Source: Candidatus Latescibacterota bacterium (GTDB lineage Bacteria > Latescibacterota > UBA2968). From it: DNA of 64,000 nt. A model generated the notes under the pieces. The model had not been told where the DNA came from. It saw nothing but the letters and a program-made list of their open reading frames with translations, and did no database searches. Positions 10,713 through 19,743 of this stretch are shown in pieces. Location: the NCBI GenBank assembly GCA_022823725.1, contig JAJEHL010000024.1, positions 53,767 through 117,766 of the forward strand, written 5' to 3'. The position numbers were made by a program, and so were the translations under genes. How positions within the stretch are numbered: position 1 is the first letter of the stretch; the number at the start of each line of letters is the position of its first letter.

Positions 10713-12638
10713 TTACTTTTTCTTATCATCCACAACTTCATATTCAGCGTCAACAGCCCCATCATCGCCTTGTTTGGGACCTTCTGCACCACCTGGTGGC
10801 GGTTCCCCTGGCGCACCTTGAGGCGGTGCCTCATCTGCTGAGGCTTGTTGATAGAGTTCACTCGCAACCTGATGCCAGACCTGGGTGAGATTTTCATTCG
10901 CCGATTTAATCGCATCGACATTATCCCCCTTGAGGGCGTCTTTGACCTTGTCAACAGCCTCTGTCACTTTGGCCTTTGTTTCATCGCTGACCTTATCGCC
11001 CATCTCCTCCATCTGTTTTTCGGTCTGATGCACCTGCTGCTCGGCCGCATTTTTAATTTCCACAGCCTCGCGTTTCTTTTTGTCTTCGGCGGCATTCGCC
11101 TGTGCGTCATTGACCATTTTGTCAATTTCTGCATCTGACAACCCCGACGAAGCCTCAATGCGAATATTCTGCTCTTTGCCCGTACCCTTGTCTTTCGCCG
11201 AGACATTGAGAATGCCATTTGCATCGATGTCAAATGTGACTTCAATTTGCGGCACACCGCGCGGCGCAGGTGGAATACCATCGAGATGGAACTTGCCAAT
11301 GGTGCGGTTATCTAACGCCATATCGCGCTCCCCCTGCAAGACGTGAATCTCCACCGAGGGCTGACTGTCAGCCGCGGTTGAAAACACTTCGGTCTTCTTT
11401 GACGGAATCGTAGTATTGCGATCAATAAGGCGCGTCATCACACCGCCGAGCGTTTCAATACCCAGCGAGAGCGGCGTCACGTCGAGCAGCAACACATCGG
11501 TCACATCGCCCGAGAGCACACCCGCCTGAATAGCCGCACCAATGGCGACGACTTCATCGGGATTTACTCCCCTATTAGGCTCTTTGCCAAAAACTTCCTG
11601 CACAATTTCCTGCACTTTGGGGATACGCGTTGAGCCGCCCACCAGAATCACTTCATCAATATCAGAAGCCGAAAGACCGGCATCTCGAATAGCCTGTAAA
11701 CAGGGCTGTTTGGTGCGCTCGACGAGATCATCGACGAGTTGCTCAAATTTCGCGCGTGAAAGGTTGACATTGAGATGCTTGGGCCCAGACGCATCAGCCG
11801 TGATAAATGGCAGATTGATATCGGTAGATGCGGAACTCGACAGTTCGCACTTGGCTTTTTCCGCCGCTTCTTTCAGGCGTTGCAAAGCCATGGGATCCTG
11901 GCGCAAATCCACGCTATTCTCTTTCAAAAATTCCTCAGCCAGAAAGTCAATAACGCGCTGGTCAAAGTCATCGCCGCCCAAATGGGTATCACCATTGGTC
12001 GATTTGACTTCAAAGACGCCATCGCCCAGTTCGAGAATAGAGATGTCAAACGTGCCGCCACCGAGGTCGTAAACCGCGATTTTTTCCTCGCTCTTTTTGT
12101 CCAGGCCATACGCCAGGGATGCAGCGGTTGGCTCGTTGACAATGCGCAACACGTCGAGACCCGCAATTTTTCCGGCATCTTTAGTGGCCTGCCGCTGTGC
12201 ATCGTTAAAATATGCGGGAACCGTGACCACAGCCTGCGTAATGGTTTCGCCGAGATAATCCTCAGCGGTTTGCTTCATCTTTTGAAGCACCATCGCCGAA
12301 ATCTCGGGCGGGGTATATGTCTTGTCATCGAGCTGTACAGATGCCAGCCCATTGGCGTCACTTACAATAGTGTAGGGCACTTCGGCAATTTCAGTGCTCA
12401 CCTCTTCTCGGCGACGCCCCATAAATCGCTTGATAGAATAAATAGTCTTGGCCGGATTGGTCACAGCCTGCCGTTTGGCAACCTCACCAACGAGGCGCTC
12501 CCCATCTTGTGCAAATGCAACGACAGAGGGCGTGGTGCGCCCCCCTTCTGAATTTGGAACAACAACCGGGTCGCCGCCTTCCATCACAGCGACACAAGAG
12601 TTGGTTGTCCCCAGATCAATGCCTATTACACTGCTCAT
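10713..12638 (-). CDS. dnaK: Chaperone DnaK
   Basis: [17 protein letters not shown], full-length Hsp70. Confidence 0.99.
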   Translation of the reverse strand: MSSVIGIDLGTTNSCVAVMEGGDPVVVPNSEGGRTTPSVVAFAQDGERLVGEVAKRQAVTNPAKTIYSIKRFMGRRREEVSTEIAEVPYTIVSDANGLASVQLDDKTYTPPEISAMVLQKMKQTAEDYLGETITQAVVTVPAYFNDAQRQATKDAGKIAGLDVLRIVNEPTAASLAYGLDKKSEEKIAVYDLGGGTFDISILELGDGVFEVKSTNGDTHLGGDDFDQRVIDFLAEEFLKENSVDLRQDPMALQRLKEAAEKAKCELSSSASTDINLPFITADASGPKHLNVNLSRAKFEQLVDDLVERTKQPCLQAIRDAGLSASDIDEVILVGGSTRIPKVQEIVQEVFGKEPNRGVNPDEVVAIGAAIQAGVLSGDVTDVLLLDVTPLSLGIETLGGVMTRLIDRNTTIPSKKTEVFSTAADSQPSVEIHVLQGERDMALDNRTIGKFHLDGIPPAPRGVPQIEVTFDIDANGILNVSAKDKGTGKEQNIRIEASSGLSDAEIDKMVNDAQANAAEDKKKREAVEIKNAAEQQVHQTEKQMEEMGDKVSDETKAKVTEAVDKVKDALKGDNVDAIKSANENLTQVWHQVASELYQQASADEAPPQGAPGEPPPGGAEGPKQGDDGAVDAEYEVVDDKKK

Positions 12639-12701
12639 GTAGATTCTCCTTGTTTGGTTCCCATGTCAGAGCATGGGACATGATAGAATATAATTTCCAC
12701 T

Positions 12702-13007
12702 TTATGCTGCTTTGGTATCCGAACTCTTAGACTCAGAAGTCTTTTTGGTCTCTGATTTCTTCTTGTCAGATTTTTTTTCTTTAGCTGCTTCTTTATCCTT
12801 TTTAGCTGCTTCCTTGTATCCTTCACTTCTGTAATCGGTAATATAAAAACCCGACCCTTTAAATATCAAACCTGCACCGCCGCTGATAAGACGCTCGACC
12901 TTTTGCTCGCCGCATTCGGGACACAGGCGAATGGGTTCGGCAGTGATGGAGTGAAAGGCTTCAAATTCGTGCCCGCAGGCAGTACACGCATATTCATAAG
13001 TCGGCAT
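12702..13007 (-). CDS. FmdB family zinc-ribbon protein
   Basis: MPTYEYACTAC...CPEC, FKGSGFYITDY, Lys-rich tail. Confidence 0.9.
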   Translation of the reverse strand: MPTYEYACTACGHEFEAFHSITAEPIRLCPECGEQKVERLISGGAGLIFKGSGFYITDYRSEGYKEAAKKDKEAAKEKKSDKKKSETKKTSESKSSDTKAA

Positions 13008-13054
13008 AATAGACCCTCTGCTTTCGATTGGTGGGATGAACATCTATTTTATAA

Positions 13055-13070
13055 AGCAATATATATACCA
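13055..13070 (-). promoter_or_regulatory. Sigma-54 (-24/-12) promoter of the fmdB-dnaK unit
   Basis: TGGTATATATATTGCT, an exact GG-N10-GC spacing. Confidence 0.65.
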
Positions 13071-13147
13071 GAACATCTGGAAATTTGTAATTTAATATAA
13101 AATAAGTATTTATTCTCAATTTAAGATTTTTAAGAATTTAAAGATTT

Positions 13148-13180
13148 TGCCATATTGTCCGGATTGTTGCCATATTGTCA
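13148..13180. promoter_or_regulatory. Tandem upstream activator/regulator sites
   Basis: TGCCATATTGTC(C/A) twice at a 20-bp period, ~80-110 bp upstream of the sigma-54 site across an AT-rich spacer. Confidence 0.55.
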
Positions 13181-13194
13181 ATACAAGACACAAC

Positions 13195-13226
13195 AAAAAG
13201 GGGCGCGCTATCATCATGCCCCCTTT
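13195..13226 (-). terminator. Intrinsic terminator after the duplicated sucC end
   Basis: GGGGC-N13-GCCCC-TTTTT on the minus strand. Confidence 0.65.
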
Positions 13227-13229
13227 GTC

Positions 13230-13300
13230 TTTCAGTCTCTGGTATCGGGTTATACGGCATCTTGAACTGTGGCAACAACAGCCACGGCTGATTCCTGGAG
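13230..13300 (-). repeat. Diverged duplicate of the sucC 3' end (copy A)
   Basis: 60/71 identical by manual alignment to 14412-14482. Encodes LQESAVAVVATVQDAV* versus SucC LQEAAEGVVAAVQNAA*. Confidence 0.9.
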
Positions 13301-13347
13301 TTATGGACAACTGCTCTGGGTAATTCGAGTCTATTTGCGTAATGCGT

Positions 13348-13938
13348 TCAATTGGACGCGCCACTTTCGAGTCCGATATGATCGCAATTGAGATTCCGTG
13401 CTATTGCTTTCGCAAAGTCTGCAATGGCGTGATCAAGCTCGCATTTGTTGCCGTAAGTCGAATCGTGATTGTAATAGCCTTTTTTTTCTTGTACTACCCC
13501 TTCTTTGGCTCGTTGCTTGTCACCATATATCAAATCGCCATCATAAGAAATATCGGCATAATCGGGATTCAGTTCTATCGCCCTATTATGATCTGCAATG
13601 GCACGGTCAACCTCGCCTTTGTCACGATAAATAACTCCGCGATTGTAATAGGCATCGGCATAATCGGGATTCAGTTCTATCACTTTGGTATAGTTTTCAA
13701 TAGCGAGGTCATACTCCTTCTGTGAGTGATAAACCAGGCCGCGCAATAAATAGACATAGAGAGCGAGTTCGCTTTGCTCACCCTGCGCTTCGACGACGCT
13801 TTCGAGTGCCATCAGAAATACGAACATATCACTGTCCTTCTGGTATTCTTCCAGGGCGATTTGGAGATGGGCTATCGCCTCTTCGGGATCGGAAAGTTCT
13901 TCAATTAAGTAATCGCGGTATTTTCTCATTTTTCTCAT
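13348..13938 (-). CDS. Addiction-module antidote N-terminal domain fused to TPR repeats
   Basis: N-terminus YRDYLIEELSDPEEA...ALE...FLMALESVVEAQG, then two clean TPRs (AIENYTKVIELNPDYADAYYNRG) and degenerate ones. ATGA overlap with the toxin gene. Confidence 0.75.
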   Translation of the reverse strand: MRKMRKYRDYLIEELSDPEEAIAHLQIALEEYQKDSDMFVFLMALESVVEAQGEQSELALYVYLLRGLVYHSQKEYDLAIENYTKVIELNPDYADAYYNRGVIYRDKGEVDRAIADHNRAIELNPDYADISYDGDLIYGDKQRAKEGVVQEKKGYYNHDSTYGNKCELDHAIADFAKAIARNLNCDHIGLESGASN

Positions 13939-14273
13939 TTTTGAGACTCCTTGTATTCTCGCCAATAGGCTTTTGCCCGTTCAATATCTCTGACTTGCGA
14001 GGATTTGTCCCCGCCGCAGAGTAGCAAGATAATGGTATCATCTACTTCTCCAAAATAGACGCGATAGCCTGGACCAAATTGGAAACGGAGTTCAAATACA
14101 CCGTCACCAACAGATCTGTAATCGCCTAAATTGCCAGCTTCAAGGTGATAAAACCGAAATTGAATTCGTTTCCGTGTCCTTATATCTCGAAGTGATTTCA
14201 ACCATTCGGTGAAAGGCTCCCGACCATTTGGATCACAATAGGTTTGTAGCTCTCTTGGTTGTGCAGCAAGCAT
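13935..14273 (-). CDS. RelE/ParE/HigB-family addiction module toxin
   Basis: PFTEWLKSLRD, GNLGDYRSVGDGVFELRFQFGPGYRVYF, LLCGGDKSSQ. Confidence 0.92.
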   Translation of the reverse strand: MLAAQPRELQTYCDPNGREPFTEWLKSLRDIRTRKRIQFRFYHLEAGNLGDYRSVGDGVFELRFQFGPGYRVYFGEVDDTIILLLCGGDKSSQVRDIERAKAYWREYKESQK

Positions 14274-14372
14274 TGTTGATTTCTTAGCTGTATGTTCAAA
14301 CGGTGAAGAGCATCTGACAATCAATGGGAGAAGTCCGTTATATTTCTCCTGTCGTGTTTGGACTAATTTCCC

Positions 14373-14399
14373 CTTTGTGCCTTCTGTGCTTCTTGTGGC
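14373..14399 (-). repeat. Three imperfect 9-bp tandem repeats (GCCACAAGA AGCACAGAA GGCACAAAG)
   Basis: Read directly, located at the border of the TA insert. Confidence 0.5.
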
Positions 14400-14411
14400 G
14401 ATTCCTGTTAT

Positions 14412-14482
14412 TTTCAGGCTCTGGTATCGGGTTATGCGGCATTTTGAACCGCGGCAACAACGCCTTCGGCGGCTTCCTGGAG
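14412..14482 (-). repeat. sucC 3' end plus 20 bp downstream (copy B of the duplication)
   Basis: Direct repeat of 13230-13300. Confidence 0.9.
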
Positions 14483-15598
14483 CTTGCGGGCAACGGTAAA
14501 TTCAAGACCTGAATTTTCGAGAATTTGCGCGCCTTCTTCGGCGTTGGTCCCCTGCAATCGCACCACCAGAGGCACATTGATCTCGATATCTTCAAGCGCG
14601 GCAACAACGCCTTCGGCCACGCGATCGCAGCGCACAATACCGCCAAAAATATTGATCAGCACCGCTTTGACCGATTCGTCAGACGTGAGAATACGCATCG
14701 CATTTTTGACGCGCTCGACATTGGTTCCCCCACCAACATCGAGAAAGTTAGCCGGTGACGACCCCGCGTATTTGACAATATCCATCGTAGCCATCGCCAG
14801 ACCTGCGCCATTGACCATACAGCCGACTTCGCCGTCGAGTTTGATATAATTGAGATCGTATTTTGAGGCCTCGACTTCGAGCGGATCTTCCTCGTCAACA
14901 TCGCGCAATTCATAGATATCCGAATGGCGATACATCGCACTATCATCGAAATTCATCTTAGCATCCAGAGCCAGAACCTCCCCACTTTTGGACACCACGA
15001 GGGGATTGATTTCTGCGAGCGAACAATCGGTCTCCTCATAAGCTCTGTAAAGAGCAGAGATGAATGCGACCCCCTGTTTGATTTGATCGCCTTCAAGCCC
15101 CAGACCAAGTGCGAGACGCCGTGCCTGAAAGGGCTGAAGCCCCACGCCTGGATGAACGACCTCTTTGAGAATCTTTTCCGGAGTCGTTGCAGCCACCTCT
15201 TCAATGTCCATGCCGCCCGCACGGGAAGCCATAACAACCAGACGCGACCGCGCGCGGTCCAGCACAATGCCCAGGTACAATTCTCGGTCAATATCCGTCG
15301 CATTTTCCACCCAAACGGATTTGACTTTTTGACCTTCAGAACCCGTTTGCGGAGTAACGAGTTGCATACCAATAATTTCGGATGCCGCTTCTCTGGCTTC
15401 GGCAGGATCGGCAGCGAGTTTAATACCGCCCCCTTTTCCGCGACCACCTGCGTGGATCTGCGCTTTGACAACCACTGCACCGCCGAGGTCTTTGGCAATA
15501 GCTTCGGCCTCTTCGGGCGTACGAGCAACTGCGCCATTTGGCACGGGCACACCAAAAGACCTGAGAATTTCTTTAGCCTGATATTCGTGAATTTTCAT
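14432..15598 (-). CDS. sucC: Succinyl-CoA ligase (ADP-forming) beta subunit
   Basis: MKIHEYQAK, KAQIHAGGRGKGGG, NGAGLAMATMD, NIFGGIVRCD. Confidence 0.98.
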   Translation of the reverse strand: MKIHEYQAKEILRSFGVPVPNGAVARTPEEAEAIAKDLGGAVVVKAQIHAGGRGKGGGIKLAADPAEAREAASEIIGMQLVTPQTGSEGQKVKSVWVENATDIDRELYLGIVLDRARSRLVVMASRAGGMDIEEVAATTPEKILKEVVHPGVGLQPFQARRLALGLGLEGDQIKQGVAFISALYRAYEETDCSLAEINPLVVSKSGEVLALDAKMNFDDSAMYRHSDIYELRDVDEEDPLEVEASKYDLNYIKLDGEVGCMVNGAGLAMATMDIVKYAGSSPANFLDVGGGTNVERVKNAMRILTSDESVKAVLINIFGGIVRCDRVAEGVVAALEDIEINVPLVVRLQGTNAEEGAQILENSGLEFTVARKLQEAAEGVVAAVQNAA

Positions 15599-15634
15599 CT
15601 TAGTTCCTTGTGTTTATTGTTATCGAACACCAAC

Positions 15635-16726
15635 TCAAACAGCGTATTTTTCCAACACATCTCGATCAATCTCAATGCCCAATCCCGGTACATCGGGCAC
15701 GGGCAATTCGCCATCTACAGCCCGAATCGGATTTACGGCTAACTCCGTCCGCAATCCATTCTCCGTCATATCGTATTCAAACAGAGATGGAATTGGGTTC
15801 AACGCATCCGGTGCATCGGGAATAGTAGCCTGCCAGTGGACAGTCGCCGCCAACCGAATATGACTACCCCACATATGCGGCAGAACCCGCACATAATTTG
15901 CACTCGCCATCACCGCAATATTGCGACATTCGCTAAACCCACCTGCAATGCTGATATCGGGCTGCACAATATCCAGTGCTCGCTGCTGGATCAACTCGCG
16001 GAACGCCCAACGTCCGGCCAGCCCCTCCGCGCCTGCAATGCGCATGGGCAACGCGCCTTTCACCTGCAAATACCCGCGCACATCATCCAGTGGTATCGGC
16101 TCTTCATACCAGAACAAATCATTGTGCGCGATCTTGTGCCCCACATCAATAGCCGTGCCCACATCATACCCACAATTGGCATCCACGGCAAACAACACAT
16201 CGTCGCCTATTGCCTGCCGAATTGCTGTTACATTTTTGACATCGTAATCCGCACCAAATCCGATCTTCATTTTCATCGCAGAGAAGCCCATATCGACATA
16301 CCCTTTTGCCTCATCGACAAGTGCCTGTGTCACATCGGGACGGTCTATGCGAAATAACCCGGTGGCATACGCGGGAATTTTATCTCTCACCTTCCCACCC
16401 AACAATTGATACACCGGCATCTCAAGAGCCTTGCCCATCAAATCCCACAGCGCAATATCTATCCCACTGATCGCCTTTGGGCTTACCCCATCATCGGACA
16501 ACGCCTGATAGATCGCGCCACAATCAAACGGACTGCGCCCTATAATATGCGCGTCAATCGCAGATCGATGGACCTCGCCTGTCCCCTCACCCCACCCAAT
16601 CAAGCCATTATCTGTAACGATCTCCACAACTTGCGCCTGTCGGCTCGTGGACCATCCCCTCGAAATCGCAAACTTCTCTCGCAATGGATAGCGCAAATGA
16701 TATGTTTTTACCTCGGTGATCTTCAT
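15635..16726 (-). CDS. Mandelate racemase/MLE family (galactarolactone cycloisomerase-like)
   Basis: SGIDIALWDLMGK, KMKIG, VDAN, WYEEP, QPD, PHMWG. Confidence 0.85.
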   Translation of the reverse strand: MKITEVKTYHLRYPLREKFAISRGWSTSRQAQVVEIVTDNGLIGWGEGTGEVHRSAIDAHIIGRSPFDCGAIYQALSDDGVSPKAISGIDIALWDLMGKALEMPVYQLLGGKVRDKIPAYATGLFRIDRPDVTQALVDEAKGYVDMGFSAMKMKIGFGADYDVKNVTAIRQAIGDDVLFAVDANCGYDVGTAIDVGHKIAHNDLFWYEEPIPLDDVRGYLQVKGALPMRIAGAEGLAGRWAFRELIQQRALDIVQPDISIAGGFSECRNIAVMASANYVRVLPHMWGSHIRLAATVHWQATIPDAPDALNPIPSLFEYDMTENGLRTELAVNPIRAVDGELPVPDVPGLGIEIDRDVLEKYAV

Positions 16727-16742
16727 CTATAAATCCTTTGGG

Positions 16743-19640
16743 CTAATCCACAAACAAATCATCCAATGTCACGGGCGTAACTGCGCCGAGGGTCCTCAGA
16801 CTGTTGAGATCAAATTTGGTCGTATCGCCCATAATAGAAATGAGTTTGGGACGTTTGGCAATATGCTGCTTGTGAAAATCAAATACAATCGGCATCTCAG
16901 CCTGGAGAATGTGACCAAACCGCTCTTTTCGCGGATCGGGCGTCTGGTTGCGGCGTTCCCAAATACGCAACACACCGGGTAATTCACGGTATTTAATCTT
17001 GGCGACGCGATAGCGATTGACCACAGAATTTTTCGCCTCTACAAAACGCTCGGGCGATTCGGGCAAATCGTCAATCAACTCGACCAGTGCAGCAACAGCC
17101 TCCGAGGTTTTGTCCGCCTGGCAGCCAATATATCCCCACATGACATTCTGATCATTGCTGCGTCCGCCGAGGTCATACCGCGCAAATGTAGAATAAGCCA
17201 GTGCCCGGGCCTCGCGCAATTCCTGAAAAACAATACCCGACATACCCCCGGCAAAATAATCGTTGTAGAGATCAATAGCCGGACGGAGGGCTGCATCGAA
17301 TGCAACGCCTCCAGACTCGACAAAGACCTGCGACTGAGCTGTTTCTTTATGAAAAAATCGGATTTCGGTTTTGTCCGGCGCGTGAACCTTCAGATACTCA
17401 TAAGCGGGGGGCGTCTTCAATTCGCCACTGTCAGAGAAATGTTTTTGCAGTGTCGCAAGAACCTCGTCCAGCGGCCTGGAACCCCCGTAAATCAGAGCAT
17501 GTTGATAGGCCGGCAGGCTGGATATCAAACCGTGTAATTCCGCAACCGTGAGCTTTTGTAATGCTTCAGACGAGATACTGCGTTTATACGACGAATTGTC
17601 GCCATAACGACTGTAGAAACGCAGGGCATTGCGTAGAGACCGGGGATCTTTCTTTTGGTCTTCGCGTTGCGCGAGGGTAATTTTGACGAGTTCATCGAGC
17701 GTGGCCTGATCAGCAGTCGGATTCTGGATATATTTCATCATCAGCGCAAGAGATGCATCAAAATTTTCATCTAAACCGGAAATACTGATATTGGTTTCAT
17801 TATTTGACACGCCAATATTGAAATCCGTGCCCAGTTTGTACCATTCTTTTTTCAGCGCATCGGGAGACAGGTCGCCGGCACCGGATTTGTCCATGAGTGA
17901 TCTGGCTGTGCCGAGTCGGTTATCCTGATACGTGCCCATATCCACGCTCAGCGTAAACGCGAAAAGGTCGTTAACTGGATTTTTCACATAGTAGAGCTTT
18001 ACACCATCCCGCACCTGTGCGATGGTGTAGTCTTTATCGGTAACAAAAACGGGAGCAAGTTCATCGGCAGGCAGAGCCAATACATCTTTTGCAAATTCAG
18101 ATTGGCGGGTCGGATCAATATCGATCTTGTCGATTTTGGGCTTCTCGATTTTGGGCAATTCGTGTTGTTCGTCAATGCGATACCCCGCAACATAGTCCTC
18201 GCCAAAATAATGATTGGCTACGCGCATAATATCATCCCGCGTGATTTTTTCCATACGGGCAATTTCAGCAACCTCTTGATCCCATTCGGCAAATCCCAGA
18301 AACGCACTGGTCATTTGTCTGACCCGGCTGCGATTGGATTCCAAACCTCGTTTTTGATTCTTTTTAAAATCCGTAACAATCGCAGACAGCAGGCCTTCGT
18401 CAAATTCGCCGCGTTTAATCATGGCAATCTGATCCAACAAAAGTTGCTCAACATCTGCGAGTGTTTGATCTTTTTTTGGAATACCCCACAGATATTGCGT
18501 GCCGTAATCATTGAGTAAATAGGGATAGCTTCCCGCGCGTCGTACTTTCTGCTGCTGCACGAGATTGAGATTGATAAGCCCCGCAGTGCGATTGTCCAGG
18601 ATCATATCAATCAGCTTCAGAGCTTCGGCGTCTTTGTGGCTGCGGTGATTTGTGCGAAAAGCCAGGAGCACGTATTCTTCTCCCTGAAATTTGACCGTGA
18701 CGCGCTCGGCTCCTTTAAGAGGCGGTTCTTCCCATTTTTGGAGTGCGGGAATATCTTTGGCCTTCCATGCTGAGAAATGTTCGTCAATCAGTTGGATTGT
18801 CGCGTCGATGTCAATATCGCCAGAAATGCAAATCGCCATATTGTTGGGCACGTAATACGTGTCGTAAAATTGGTACATATTTTTGAGCGAGGGATTTTTG
18901 AGATGCTCAACCTCGCCAATCGTGGTTTGCTGGCCGTAGGGATGCTTTTTGTATAGATGTTTGTTCACAGCCTCGCTGATGAGCCAGCCTTTGTTGTCCA
19001 ATGTGCGGTTCTTTTCTTCATATACCACTTCGAGCTCGGGTTGGAACAGGCGAAATACGGGATTTTGAAACCGTTCGGACTCAATTTTTGCCCAGTGTTT
19101 GAGATAATTGCTGGGCAACCCCACTTTGTACACGGTTTCTTCGTGCCAGGTATGTGCATTCAAGCCACTCTCGCCCATAGCTTTGTAGAGTTTATCGAGT
19201 TCATTCGGTATAGCGTATTGCGCCGCCTGTTGAGACGCTTTGTTGATCTCTGCGTAAATAGCCTTGCGTTTTTCAGGATCGGTTTCGCTGAAGTGGTCTT
19301 CGTAGAGCGCGATAATGCGATCAATGTAGATTTTTTCTTTTTTGTAATTCAAAGTCCCAATATTTTGCGTACCCTTAAAAAGCATATGTTCCAAATAATG
19401 CGCCAGACCCGTAGATTCGGCGGGGTCGTGTTTGCTTCCCGCACGCACGGGAATTTCGGCATAAAAACGCGGTTCTTCGTGGTTTTCCGTGAGATAAACC
19501 GTAAGGCCATTGTCGAGTTTGTAAATATGTACATCCATCGGATCGTCGGGATTGGGCGCATTAACACGCGTAAACCCGGCGAAGACAGGTGAAGCGAACA
19601 GCGTAAGGGTGAAAAGTGTAAAGGCAAATAATCTACGCAT
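16743..19640 (-). CDS. M16 (insulinase) family zinc peptidase, exported
   Basis: Signal peptide, GLAHYLEHMLFKG (HxxEH), two-lobed length, FQELREARALAYS. Confidence 0.92.
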   Translation of the reverse strand: MRRLFAFTLFTLTLFASPVFAGFTRVNAPNPDDPMDVHIYKLDNGLTVYLTENHEEPRFYAEIPVRAGSKHDPAESTGLAHYLEHMLFKGTQNIGTLNYKKEKIYIDRIIALYEDHFSETDPEKRKAIYAEINKASQQAAQYAIPNELDKLYKAMGESGLNAHTWHEETVYKVGLPSNYLKHWAKIESERFQNPVFRLFQPELEVVYEEKNRTLDNKGWLISEAVNKHLYKKHPYGQQTTIGEVEHLKNPSLKNMYQFYDTYYVPNNMAICISGDIDIDATIQLIDEHFSAWKAKDIPALQKWEEPPLKGAERVTVKFQGEEYVLLAFRTNHRSHKDAEALKLIDMILDNRTAGLINLNLVQQQKVRRAGSYPYLLNDYGTQYLWGIPKKDQTLADVEQLLLDQIAMIKRGEFDEGLLSAIVTDFKKNQKRGLESNRSRVRQMTSAFLGFAEWDQEVAEIARMEKITRDDIMRVANHYFGEDYVAGYRIDEQHELPKIEKPKIDKIDIDPTRQSEFAKDVLALPADELAPVFVTDKDYTIAQVRDGVKLYYVKNPVNDLFAFTLSVDMGTYQDNRLGTARSLMDKSGAGDLSPDALKKEWYKLGTDFNIGVSNNETNISISGLDENFDASLALMMKYIQNPTADQATLDELVKITLAQREDQKKDPRSLRNALRFYSRYGDNSSYKRSISSEALQKLTVAELHGLISSLPAYQHALIYGGSRPLDEVLATLQKHFSDSGELKTPPAYEYLKVHAPDKTEIRFFHKETAQSQVFVESGGVAFDAALRPAIDLYNDYFAGGMSGIVFQELREARALAYSTFARYDLGGRSNDQNVMWGYIGCQADKTSEAVAALVELIDDLPESPERFVEAKNSVVNRYRVAKIKYRELPGVLRIWERRNQTPDPRKERFGHILQAEMPIVFDFHKQHIAKRPKLISIMGDTTKFDLNSLRTLGAVTPVTLDDLFVD

Positions 19641-19691
19641 AACGAACTCCTTCGAAAGTGAACCGCAATTTTACAGGTCTGTCTATTTTGG

Positions 19692-19718
19692 GATGCCGTA
19701 AAAAGAAAAGAAGTTTCA
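19692..19718 (-). promoter_or_regulatory. Putative ECF-sigma promoter of the M16 peptidase
   Basis: TGAAAC-N16-GCATC. Confidence 0.4.
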
Positions 19719-19743
19719 AATATAAGATTTCCCCGTGCAATAT

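Noticed and set aside
13116-13364. 82-aa ORF downstream of the TPR gene
   Set aside because: It spans the duplicated sucC end, a terminator and regulatory sites, and has no protein-like features.
14432-15598. sucC without adjacent sucD as evidence of disruption
   Set aside because: A terminator follows the duplicated sucC end, and split sucC/sucD arrangements occur in other bacteria, so sucD is probably elsewhere.
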